Positions 14,403 to 25,710 of a DNA stretch of 64,000 nucleotides are shown here, piece after piece. Every line of letters starts with the position of its first letter. Position 1 is the first letter of the stretch. The position numbers and the translations under genes were made by a program. This DNA is from Eledone cirrhosa. Taxonomy: Eukaryota. The notes under the pieces were generated by a model. That model saw nothing but the letters and a program-made list of their open reading frames with translations. It did no database searches and was not told the DNA's origin. Location: positions 5,828,001 to 5,892,000 of the forward strand of contig OZ024761.1 in NCBI GenBank assembly GCA_964016885.1, in the 5' to 3' direction.

Positions 14403-14574
14403 AATTGTTTCTACTTTTGGCACAAGGCCAGCTATTACCCCCAGTGCATTACTGGTACTTTATTTATCGACTCCGTAAGGATGAAAGGCAAAATTGACTT
14501 CAGCGAGATTTGAACTCAGAATGGAAATGGCCGTAACTGTATGCGTCAAAGCATGGCGTCCTACCCTCTACCCA
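14403..14574 (-). mobile_element. tRNA-derived SINE
   Basis: Same family as 8940-9740. Confidence 0.85.
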
Positions 14575-15396
14575 TAACAACAACAACAATAACAACAACA
14601 ACAAGTGAGAAGGAAACGTCATAGGTTCACCATTTCTCACAGCAACTGTTTACGTTTAAGCCAGCACAATGTTTTTTTGGATTATTTACTGATGAAAGAA
14701 ACCCCTCACATTTTCCCTCGTCAAATTTTGGGGTTTATATATTGGGGATATATTAAATGTCAGTGAATCATCATCCGATGATCGCTTTATCGAGAAACCC
14801 AAAGTATTAACTGTATGGAATTATGGGATTTCATAACACTCAAACTGTACATATACTTACTGAGGTGGGGACGGAAACAGACTTAACACATTCTTTATCT
14901 CACTTCCTATCTTACACTCTACCCCACTTTCACCCTCTTACTATATTTATTGGTCTGTCTATTTCTCTCACTCACTCTCCCCTCTCTCTCCCACTCTTAC
15001 CCCCACCCCCCCTCTCTATCTCTCTCTCTCTATATATATATATAAGTAAAGTAATGAACGAACTGCATATTGAATTATCATCTAAGTGGCTGAGTATTCC
15101 ACAGACACGTGTACTCTTACTCTAATCCTCAAGTAGAGTTGACATGACACGGTCTGAGACAGAAGAGCATTATATGGAAGGCTGCCAAATTAATTGTCCG
15201 GCCTTCCATACACATTACTGTTTACCGGTTTTGTCTCTGATGTTCTGTTTAACAATTTTGCTCAGAACAGTGAAACAACAACTCATCGTCGAAACCCGTG
15301 GAGATCCATTTACTTTACTCCTATCTCCCCCCCCCCCCCTCTCTCTCTCTCGCACCAAGAGTGAGTACTGTCACCTCTCCTGGTCATTATTTACAT

Positions 15397-15695
15397 TGGC
15401 AGTATCGGTAGAGGGTCGGACGCCATGCTTTCCAGCATAGTTACGCCCCTTTATGATCTGAGTTCAAATCCCGCCGAGGTTGACTTTGCCTTTCATCTTT
15501 ACGGGGTCGATAAAATAAAGTACCAGTAATGCACTGGGTAATTGCTGGCCTTGTGCCTAAAGTAGAAACAATTATTTACATGAACATCCCGCCGAGGTTA
15601 ACTTTGCCTTTCATCCTTACGGGGTCAATAAAATAAAGTACCAGTAATGCACTGGGGTAATTGCTGGCCTTGTGCCAAAAGTAGAAACAATTATT
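15397..15695 (+). mobile_element. SINE plus tandem 5'-truncated duplicate
   Basis: Same family; the core and tail are repeated at 15586-15695. Confidence 0.85.
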
Positions 15696-15699
15696 TACA

Positions 15700-16345
15700 T
15701 GAACAGGATAGACATGTGCAGCTGGGTTGGAAGTGGTATCATGACTGACGAGTGTAAAATTAGTCGGCTGGAATTTGCAGACGACATGGTGTTACTTAAC
15801 TCGACAGAAGATGATCTTTGATAGGTTTGATGCTGAGTGCTGCATGGCTGAAATGAAAATCAGTGTTGTGAAAACTGAGACACTCGTCCTCTCAAGGAAG
15901 CCTGCACAGTGCAGGCTTCATGTAAATGGAGTTCCACTGAAGCAGGTAGAGAAGTTCTAGTATCTCAGGGCCGTGTTCAGGAGTGATGGAAGACAGGAGG
16001 CTGAATTAAGTACAGGAATTGCAGGAGCTGGTGCAGTAATGTGCCAGCTTCAGTATTCAGTAATCAGAAGAAGGGAGGTGGGTGTAAAAGCCAAATTTTC
16101 AATTCGGTATTCATGCCAACCCTTACCTATGGTCATGAATCTTGGGTAATGACCGAAAGAATACGATCGGAGATACCAGTGGTCAACACGAGGTTTCTCC
16201 GAAGGGTTTTTGGAATAACTTTACCCGATATGAGTGTGTAGGGCGGAGTCACTCCAGGTAGAGCTGCTACTTCTCCAAATTGAGAGATCACAGCTACTAT
16301 AGTATAGACATCTGCTTAGAATGTCTCAGGCAAAACCAACTGGAA
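15700..16345 (+). pseudogene. Decayed RTE-clade LINE RT fragment
   Basis: LEFADDMVLL...KISVVKTETLVLSRKP...LKQVEKF*YL...PTLTYGHESWVMTERIRS, with stops and frameshifts. Confidence 0.85.
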
Positions 16346-16419
16346 GCAGTGTTTAAGGACTGTGCCCCCACGACCCACTCAGAAATATGTGGTCAAAGAA
16401 GAAGATATATATATACATA

Positions 16420-16451
<32 letters not shown>

Positions 16452-16453
16452 AT

Positions 16454-16733
16454 GGAGGCACCTGGCCTAGTGGTAAGGGTGTTGGACTTACGATCATAAT
16501 GTCGTGGGTTCGACTCCTGGGTTGTGTGTTGTGTTCTTCAGCAAAACACTTCATTTTACGTTGCTCCATTATACTCAGCTGGAAATGAGTACCAGCAATA
16601 GCTGGGAGTTTAACCCTGCGATGGACTGGCGTCCTGTCCAGGGGAGAGTCTTGTACTCTCAGTCGCTTGACGCATAAAACCGGGATAAGCACCGGCCTGA
16701 TGATCCTTCTGGCTTAAGACAGACTTTAGACTG
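16454..16733 (+). mobile_element. Second tRNA-derived SINE family (V/CORE-like body)
   Basis: A box TGGCCTAGTGGTAAG, B box GGTTCGACTCC, body CTGCGATGGACTGGCGTCCTGTCCAGGGG. A related head lies at 33780-33880. Confidence 0.75.
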
Positions 16734-17135
<402 letters not shown>

Positions 17136-17437
17136 TCTAAAGTCTGTCTTAAGTTTAAGTTTAAATTTACACCTAATTGTGTATGGTTGACGGTATATTT
17201 AGTCAGTTTCTACATGCTGTTGAAATGTTGGGTAAATACCCTATTGGGGTCACCGCGAAGAGGCCGCTTTCGGTTATTTATCAAATATTTCTTCATAGGA
17301 GCCTTTATTCTTATAGCCTGGTCTAATTTATTTTTTTATATGGTTAATTATGCTAATTGGGAGAGGAAATGGTATATATTTTATCTAATAATTCTAAGGA
17401 CATGATTTATGATATATATATATGTATATATATATAT

Positions 17438-17891
17438 GAAAGTGAAAATCCGAAGGCAAGGTAAAATTTCAATCATTTAATCACGACACATGTTTCAATA
17501 AGAGATAGATCGATTGTGAAGCCATGATCGATTATCACTGATCTCATCAGGTGAAAATGAATTGTCTTCAAATTCTTGATATGAGGGAGAGAACATCGTT
17601 ATTTTTCTCCCTCATATCAAAAATTTGAAGACAATTCATTTTCACCTGTGCGATCAGTCGATCATGGCTTCACAATCGATCTATCTCTTATTGAAACATG
17701 TGTCGTGATTAAATGGTTGGAATTTTACCTTGCCTTCGGATTTTCATTTTGATACTTATACTCCGTTTTACATCATGTAGCTGTTCCCTTGAATGGAATT
17801 GGAGATATACAAAAGCGTGGAGAACTTAATATTGCTAACATAAAGTTATTGGACCATTTTACACAACCAATAATGCACCTTACTATATAAC

Positions 17892-17895
<4 letters not shown>
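17438..17895 (+). mobile_element. Asymmetric palindrome, family E, with HHR
   Basis: Arms about 17438-17594 and 17603-17751, then a tail. The left arm read on the minus strand is TCAC-CTGATGA-[stem II]-GAAA-CATGTG-TC-GTGA (17481-17554); the core is mutated in the right arm. Confidence 0.75.
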
Positions 17896-17945
<50 letters not shown>

Positions 17946-18036
17946 CGAAGGAAATGTGGTAAGGAACCAGGTGGACCATAACGCACCAAAGTAATCAATA
18001 CTTGAGGTAGTAGAGTGGGTAATAGGAACCAGTAAG

Positions 18037-18130
18037 ACCCCGACAGCTGAGCTCAAGCCGTTTCGACGGCTAATTCAGGACTAAATGAAAATTTATCCCG
18101 GTATTTAAATAGCCGATCTTCTCAAGGGGT
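18037..18130 (-). ncRNA. Type I hammerhead ribozyme, U3-A8 variant core (sense copy in PLE 3' region)
   Basis: ACCCC-TTGAGAA-GA(T)CGGCTA...TAGCCGTC-GAAA-CGGCT-tgagctc-AGCTG-TC-GGGGT. Confidence 0.75.
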
Positions 18131-19235
18131 AATTCCATATATGGTCAAAGTGATTGTCAAAAATCAGTAGTAATTCTGTGGTTGCAAATTAGTAGGGGAG
18201 ATGGTGGCTAAACCTGCCAGTAGGAGAAAGAGGGGAGGGGGTGGAGTAGACCCAATCAAGCGTTGGTAGTGCCAGCTACAGCTGGGCATGAGGTCAAAGA
18301 AGATACAGGGGAGGGGGAGAGGGAGGAAGTCGGAACGGTAGGTAGAACAATGGGGGGTAGAAATATATAGGAAAGAAAAAATACTGAGAGTGAAGAAAAG
18401 CGAATGAGTGTAAAGAAAAAGTAAAGTAAATTCTACGACCTAGGTCTCTAGCTATTGTTAGGCTAGAATAAATAAATAAAGAAAGAAAGAAGTAAAGAAA
18501 GAAATAAAGAAATAACGAAATAAGTAAAAGAACTAGGTGGGACGAAATAGGCAAGGACCCTTTTAAGAGGTATAAGTACGTAAATGATACGGTGACGGGT
18601 CAACAAAAGGGGCCAAAATACTAAAGAGACTACCACGAAATAAACAATAAAGGTTTCCATCCCGGGCACAATGCCAGCAACCACCCAGTGCAGCAAAGTG
18701 AACTAGTACGAGATAATAATTCTGAGTCCCGAGAAAAATATATACTAATGCTAACTCTAAAAGATCTAAAACAAGCTACATGAAAGTTCGTACGAAGTAA
18801 AGGTAGAATACGGAAAAATAAATTCAGAATCCACCCCGCCCAAAAGAAAAGCGAAGAAAGAAATACTGAAACTAAAAAATAAGGCATAAGTGCCACTAAG
18901 AAATATAGAGGGCACAGAGAATAGTGGGAGCGGTCGGAAAAAGGGGACAAGTATCCGGGGTCTAAACCAACTGCTATAAAGGGCGGAGTCCGTCAAATCT
19001 ATCATAGACTAGGGGAGTGGGTGGGGGTACTAAGGCTACAAGGGGCCAAAGGGCAGCCTCGGGTGGGCGAGAAAAGACGCCGACAAAGGAGAAGAGCTGG
19101 GGTAGAAGGACTAAGGGGAGAGGGGGGAAGGAAATAAAGGAAGCGATAAAAGAATACAAAGAAGATCTTACGTCTCCCCTGGCAAGCAGGGGTTACCCAT
19201 TGCAAAATCGGCAAGTGGGGTGTTATAGCCCTAGT

Positions 19236-21341
19236 CTACCCGCCCGGGTCATTATGGGGTTTGAGGGCGAGGTAAGTCCTACGCAATCTATGTTTACATG
19301 CAGTAACCAGTTCATCTTTCTTGTTTAGGAGTTGGTCCGTCGAAAACAGCATTTGTAAAGTTTCCTCCGAGCATAAATTGCACGGACGGCGTCCTCTCGT
19401 GTAAGAATTGGCTCTGGACAGTAATCTCCAAGTGAGATCATAGGTGATGTTGTTGTCCTTGAGGTCCCATATGTGGCCCGAAAGTGTAGTGGCGTGACGC
19501 CGGGCCGGGTTTCGGAAGGTATGTCTATGTTGGTATAGCCGGGTCTTGAAGTCACATGCGGTAAGTCCTATATAGGCTTTGTTGGAGGTATCCGTCCTCA
19601 CGTTGCACTGGTAGATCACGTTACGGTCTCTGCATCTATTGTCGAGTGGGCAAATGGATCTATCCGGGCAGTTACACCTCCTGGTCGGTTCTCCACTGCT
19701 ATTTAGGTTATTTCTGCCATCGGGGTTGAGTTTTTTGTTGTTAGAGGAGACGATGTTTTGTGCGAAGTTTGGTGTAGTGCTGTAAGAGAGTTTGATGGTA
19801 TTTTTGTTAATTATGTTGTGGTAGCGGTGTTGTAATGGGAAGTGTTTTTCAATGAGCCTAAAGAATAGTTTCGAGATGGGAGTTGTCACCTCTGCGTTGT
19901 GGGGAGGATTGAACCATGTTACATTGCGTGAGCGGCGGTGTCTCCTGCTGGTTCCGCTAATGGGAGCTGGACAGTAGGATATTTCCTCCCGGAAACCACT
20001 CCGCTTGAGGGCCTGGTTGTAATAAGGCGCATGTTCATCGAATATCCGCTCATTAGCTGACAAACGGGATATGCGGAGGGAGATGTTTTTGACCAGGTTG
20101 TTTGTGATGTTCCTAGGATGCTTTGATCGGCGGTGGATGTAGTGCAGATTGTCATTAGGTTTCCTGTATGGGTAGTACAGGTCGTTTTCGAGGTCGAGGG
20201 TCACGTCCAGGAACTTTACTCGGGTCAGGGACGTTTGTAGGGTTATTTTAAATCCCCAGTCGCGGAAGAATCTGATTAATTGTTACCGGACCCGATCTGT
20301 ACTACTGGGGTTGTACCCTTTAAGGGTAAGGAGCCCATCATCACGGTACAATCCACCACCAAATGCAGGAAACATATCAGTGAGTTTGGCTATAAGATCT
20401 GTGACCTCCGCCGAATCTGTGGCGCCCATGCTGACGTCGAAGGGTGCGTCGGGAGCTCTTTTTATCCATTTAGAGTCGTCAAAGAGTAAGACTGTCTTCC
20501 TGGCGTGGAGGATGATTTTTCTTTCCTGGTCGGTGATGGGCACAAGTGTTTCGGCGAAGTCCAAGGCGGCAGTAAGTAGCGGTAAGGTGATTGAAGCATA
20601 GTAGCTCTCTATGTCGAACTGTATGAATTTAGTTTCTCGTTTATCCTCCATATTGCTGAACCAGGAGATTACTTCCTGGGTGTTGATCCATAGGCTAAGT
20701 CGGGTGTGTTGCTTGACTTTTGGTATCACGCGGTCTAGGATTTTTTTGCTGATTCTCCCTATGTCGGACTTCGTTGGGTTAATAAGCCTGATAGAGGGTT
20801 TACGGTCAAAATCGGATTTATGGTCCTTCAGTGTGAAGTATGGTGTCCGTGGGTCTAGAGGTTCCGTGCGGTCGGCGACCCCGAGGCTGGAGGTAATTTG
20901 TTGTCCATCTCGATTTATGTCCTCGATGCAAGAGTGGTTGGCCTTTTTATAGGTGGAGTTTAGGCTGCTCCTGATCAGTGTGTGGTATCTGTCAGGGTTG
21001 ACAAAGTATAGGTTCCCAGTTTTATCCGAATGCACCATGATGTCATTTGTGTTATCATACTCTGTTAAGTTGCTACGGAGTTTTTGTAGGAATTGGTTGT
21101 GTCTGGGTTTAAATTTAATGTTCTTGACCAGTTGGAAGAGGTCATTCTCGAAGGGTGCGAGCAAGGGGTTCAGGGGCGGAGATTTGTAGGTAATAAATCC
21201 GAATCTCTCCTTGGTGCCGAAGTCTTGGTTGTCGCAATATCTGTCATAGAAAAAAGTTCTCCATCTAAGTCTTTTCGCAAATAGATCGATTTTTTGCGTG
21301 AGCATCCGAAGGTACAGTTTTTTCGGTGGGATTGGGATGTT
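19236..21341 (-). pseudogene. PLE reverse transcriptase / GIY-YIG endonuclease ORF, one in-frame TAA
   Basis: KNIPIP N-terminal motif, FDIESYY, FDVSMG, LYRDDG, FLDVTLDL, WFNPP, CNC..CPL..C, VIY...YIG, CNLCSEE. The two track ORFs are in frame across a TAA at 20283-20285. Confidence 0.93.
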
Positions 21342-21713
21342 CTTTCTTTATTTATTTATTTATTTATTCTAGCCTAACAATAGCTAGAGACCTAGGTCGT
21401 AGAATTTAATTTACTTTACTTTTTTCTTTACACTTATTTGCTTTTCTTCACTCTCAGTATTTTTTCTTTCCTATATATTTCTACCCCCCCCCCATTGTTC
21501 TACCTACCGTTCCGACTTCCTCCCCCTCCCCTCCCCTGTATCTTCTTTGACCTCATGCCCAGCTGTAGCTGGCACTACCAACGCTTGATTGGGTCTACTC
21601 CAACCCCTCCCCTCTTTCTCCTACTGGCAGGTTTAGCCACCATCTCCCCTACTAATTTGCAATCACAGAATTACTACTGATTTTTGACAATCACTTTGAC
21701 CATATATGGAATT

Positions 21714-21807
21714 ACCCCTTGAGAAGATCGGCTATTTAAATACCAGGATAAATTTTCATTTAGTCCTGAATTAGCCGTCGAAACGGCTTGAGCTCAGCTG
21801 TCGGGGT
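21714..21807 (+). ncRNA. Type I hammerhead ribozyme, U3-A8 variant core (copy in inverted arm)
   Basis: Same motif: TTGAGAA 21719-21725, GAAA 21780-21783, predicted cleavage after GUC at 21802. Confidence 0.75.
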
Positions 21808-21834
21808 CTTACTGGTTCCTATATATATATATAT

Positions 21835-22236
21835 ATTATAATAAAATAACAGGAGGCTGGACTTGTGTAAATCCTTGAAAGATTTATTATACTATGATCA
21901 TTTCAATGACCGGGTTCCGTATGAATCCGGTGATATCATCAAGTATACGAAATATAATAAATGAATGTAACAGATAAAATCCATGGGGCTGAAAATCCTA
22001 GACCCGAGGTACTGTATTGAGTGAATTCTCTACCCTATACTTCAGGGCCTTTGTAATTCACACTGAAATCTTAGGCTCGAACACACACTGATTCCATCTC
22101 TTCCATCCTCTATATCTATATGCATTATCTAACTGCAACTTGATCTATATTGATCTATCCCCTGTTTTCTGATTTCTCCGATATGTGCTTATATACTTCC
22201 GTTTTACTCCACCACCACCCTAGCTATGACGGCGTT

Positions 22237-22267
<31 letters not shown>

Positions 22268-23867
22268 TATATTTCTACCTTTTTACTTTATTAATGTGTT
22301 TTTATCTTCGTATTTATTTATCTATGTATATATATATATTTTTTTTTCTTACTGTCCCTTTATTTAGGTTTTTACTCGCTTTACTCTCATTAAGTACTTA
22401 TCCTTGTACTCATTAGCACACGACACGAGAATATCTCCCCCTGAGAACCACAATACGTATAACCCGGACTACCTGGGGACCTAGATATAGTCTATTTGCG
22501 CTTTTCATCGGGTTTTATAATTGATTACACGCGATGATCCGACTGTTGTGTTGGTTTTCCTGGCTGCGCGCCCGGCGCCCTGGTGCATAAGCCTCCCTTG
22601 AGTGCTTGGAAAAATAAATTGCCCCTTCTTTCGGTAAATGAAATTACTCGGAGCGGGTTGCTTCGCCCCGGGGCCCGCCGCCCCGCCGTTTTTGACCGCC
22701 ATATAGTACCTTTAAATTCTAGGCCTAATCATAACTATTAGCTGTATCATGCCTCCCTCTACTGGCACTTAAACAAATCCCCCTCCCGTGTAAATTAATA
22801 GTACTCGTTTGGTATAACGATGGCCTAACGACGATGGCTGACTTCCCACTAGCACACCCGAAGCCTAGAACAGTTACATTCCTCGATTGCTCGGAAAAAC
22901 TGATTTCCATATCTTTCGCTAGACGGTTTCACTCGGAATGGCTGACACGTGGTTAGGATTGGCTGGCCGGAGTCTGCAGTCGTCGCGTGCTGTTTGACCG
23001 CTAAACAAGGACTTAATCTTTACTCTATATCCCACCCTGAAAACTTATCGAGGATCTCTATAATACACTTAAAATGTTTTCATAAAAGACTCTCTCTGTA
23101 AATTCTTTAACTAAATCTCGGAACCCAAACAATACATTTTTTTAAAACTGTTTAATTTGTAATTTTCTAATTTTTTTTAATTTTATAATTTTAATCTTTT
23201 ATTTAATTTTTTAAAATTTCATCCTATAAATCTAAACAAAAATTTAACGTTCCAATTTTCTGTTCCCACATTATACCATGCAGACGCCCACTATATATAC
23301 CTCTGTTATAATATATACCTCTGTTAAGATATAGGTTCTTTAGAATAACATTTTTCGCGGCAATTCCTAGCCTGATTGTAGCATGACATTAACGCTGACT
23401 TTTCTTCTTTCTTTCTCTCTTTTTTTTTCTCTTTGACCGGGAGGTTAGTAGTACATTATCAGCTTTCGCCCCCTCATCAGATAGCCTTAAGTAGACAGAA
23501 TAGCCAACACTTGAGGGCGATCGGCTAAAGTGGAAGTGGCTAGATGGTCGGTCGTCCTCGGGTCTATGATTTTCAGCCCCATGGATTTTATCTGTTACAT
23601 TCATTTATTATATTTCGAATACCTGATGATATCACCGGATTCATACGGAACCCGGTCATTGAAATGATCATAGTATAATAAACCTTTCAAGGATTTACAC
23701 AAGTCCAGCCTCCTGTTATTTTATTATAATAATTAACTCCGTACTCGCACCACCAACTACAAAAACAAAGACGGTTGAACTGCTTTACGTTGAGTACTCT
23801 CCATAATATTACATCGAGATTGACCATACGGAATGACGAGCTCTATCCAGTGGTGAACCTTCAAACC

Positions 23868-23870
<3 letters not shown>
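21835..23870 (+). mobile_element. 2-kb ORF-less element (family F) with ~175-bp inverted arms, HHR and tail
   Basis: 21835-22009 is the reverse complement of 23556-23730; tail 23731-23870; (TA)n flanks; no credible ORF inside. Confidence 0.8.
23619..23676 (+). ncRNA. Type I hammerhead ribozyme
   Basis: ATAC-CTGATGA-tatcaccgg..ccggtcatt-GAAA-TGATCA-TA-GTAT. The mirror copy in the left arm has TTGATGA. Confidence 0.8.
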
Positions 23871-23920
<50 letters not shown>

Positions 23921-24114
23921 TAGATCACCGTGATCTTTTGGGTCACGTTCAGTTCAAAATATTTTTTAGATAATTAAAATATAAACGGACATGTATATAA
24001 TGTGAAATGAAACTGGAAGGCCCATATATATACGTGTGTGTGTGTATATATATATATGTATATATGTGTGTGTGTATATATATATATATGTGGGTGTCTG
24101 TGATCTATATACAC

Positions 24115-24848
24115 TTGTGGCTGTAGTTGTTGTTGTTGTGGCTGTTGTTGTTGTTGTAGTTGTTGTTGTGGCTGTTGTAGTTGTAGTTGTTGTGGTTGTG
24201 GTTGTTGTGGCTGTAGTTGTTGTTGTTGTGGCTGTTGTTGTTGTTGTGGCTGTTGTAGTTGTAGTTGTTGTGGTTGTTGTTGTTGTGGCTGTAGTTGTTG
24301 TTGTTGTGGCTGTAGTTGTTGTTGTGGCTGTTGTAGTTGTAGTTGTTGTGGTTGTTGTTGTTGTGGCTGTAGTTGTTGTTGTTGTGGCTGTTGTTGTTGT
24401 TGTGGCTGTTGTAGTTGTAGTTGTTGTGGTTGTTGTTGTTGTGGCTGTAGTTGTTGTTGTTGTGGCTGTTGTTGTTGTGGCTGTTGTAGTTGTAGTTGTT
24501 GTGGTTGTTGTTGTTGTGGCTGTAGTTGTTGTTGTTGTGGCTGTTGTTGTTGTGGCTATTGTTGTTGTGGCTGTTGTTGTTGTTGTGGCTGTTGTTGTTG
24601 TTGTTGTTGTTGTTGTGGCTATAGTTGTTGTTGTTATTGTAGGCTGTTGTTGCTATAGTAACAACCATCCATTACATAAATTAAGTGTAAAGTCGGTGAA
24701 TAAGCCAACTTCTCTAACAGTTCCATCTCGTTTGGCATTTTTGTAAATACCAACTCGGACACACACACATACACACATACACACACATACATACATACAC
24801 ACACACACATACACACACACACATACACATTCATACATACATACACAC

Positions 24849-24879
<31 letters not shown>

Positions 24880-25187
24880 TACACACATATACATAAATGA
24901 ACACACATACATACACACATACACACACACACACATACACATGCACATGCACATACACACACACATACACACACATACATACTACACACACATACACTAC
25001 ACACACATACACCGTACACATACATAGACACTACACATACTACACATATATACACACACACATACTACACATACATATACACACTACACATACACACACA
25101 TACACACTACACATACGTACACACACTACACATACACACACACACATACATACATACATACTACACATACACACACACACACATATA
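24115..25187. repeat. (TTG)n variant array (24115-24652) and (CA)n-type array (24759-25187)
   Basis: Direct inspection. Confidence 0.95.
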
Positions 25188-25273
25188 TAAGATGTAACTA
25201 TACGTGGAGAGGTGAGAGTCAAGGATGGAGGGATGTATCCATTGACTAACTTAAAGACATATCGTGTTGTAGT

Positions 25274-25463
25274 AGGCGGTGGATTGGCAGTATCGGTAGA
25301 GGGTCGGACACCATTATTTGCAGCATAGAGTTACGTCCCTTTACGATCTGAGTTCAAATCCCGCCGAGGTTAACTTTGCCTTTCATCCTTACGGGGTCGA
25401 TAAAATAAAGTACCAGTAATGTACTGGGGGTATTTGCTGGCCTTGTGCCAAAAGTAGAAACAA
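25274..25463 (+). mobile_element. tRNA-derived SINE, full length
   Basis: GGCGGTGGATTGGCAGTATCGGTAG head through to the GTAGAAAC tail. Confidence 0.9.
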
Positions 25464-25710
25464 TATATCGTGTGTAATATCTGCCTTGGCAGTCTGTCTG
25501 TCTGTCTAGCTGTCTGCCTGTCTGTCTGTCTGTCTCAGGATAGTAGACGTGTTTCATATCGGCTCTGCGATTTGGGATTTTTACCTGCTTTATTTGTGAG
25601 TGAATTATTTGAATTATTTTTATTACTGACTCTAACCCCTAGTCTGGGACTTTAGACGTAGGGCAATTATATTTTCACCCCTTTTGGGGTGAAAAATAAT
25701 TAATTCAAAA

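Larger units (their letters stand above)
17942..21820 (-). mobile_element. Penelope-like retroelement (Naiad-like, family D) with inverted terminal arm, inserted in (TA)n
   Basis: RT + GIY-YIG ORF; 21344-21820 is the reverse complement of 18022-18486; 80-nt unpaired tail at 17942-18021; (TA)n on both sides. Confidence 0.93.

Noticed and set aside
16454-16525. tRNA gene
   Set aside because: A and B boxes are present but run into a SINE body, with no acceptor-stem closure.
20283-20285. In-frame stop in the main PLE ORF as a recoding site
   Set aside because: It is TAA, not TGA, and is one substitution from AAA (Lys); most likely a nonsense mutation.
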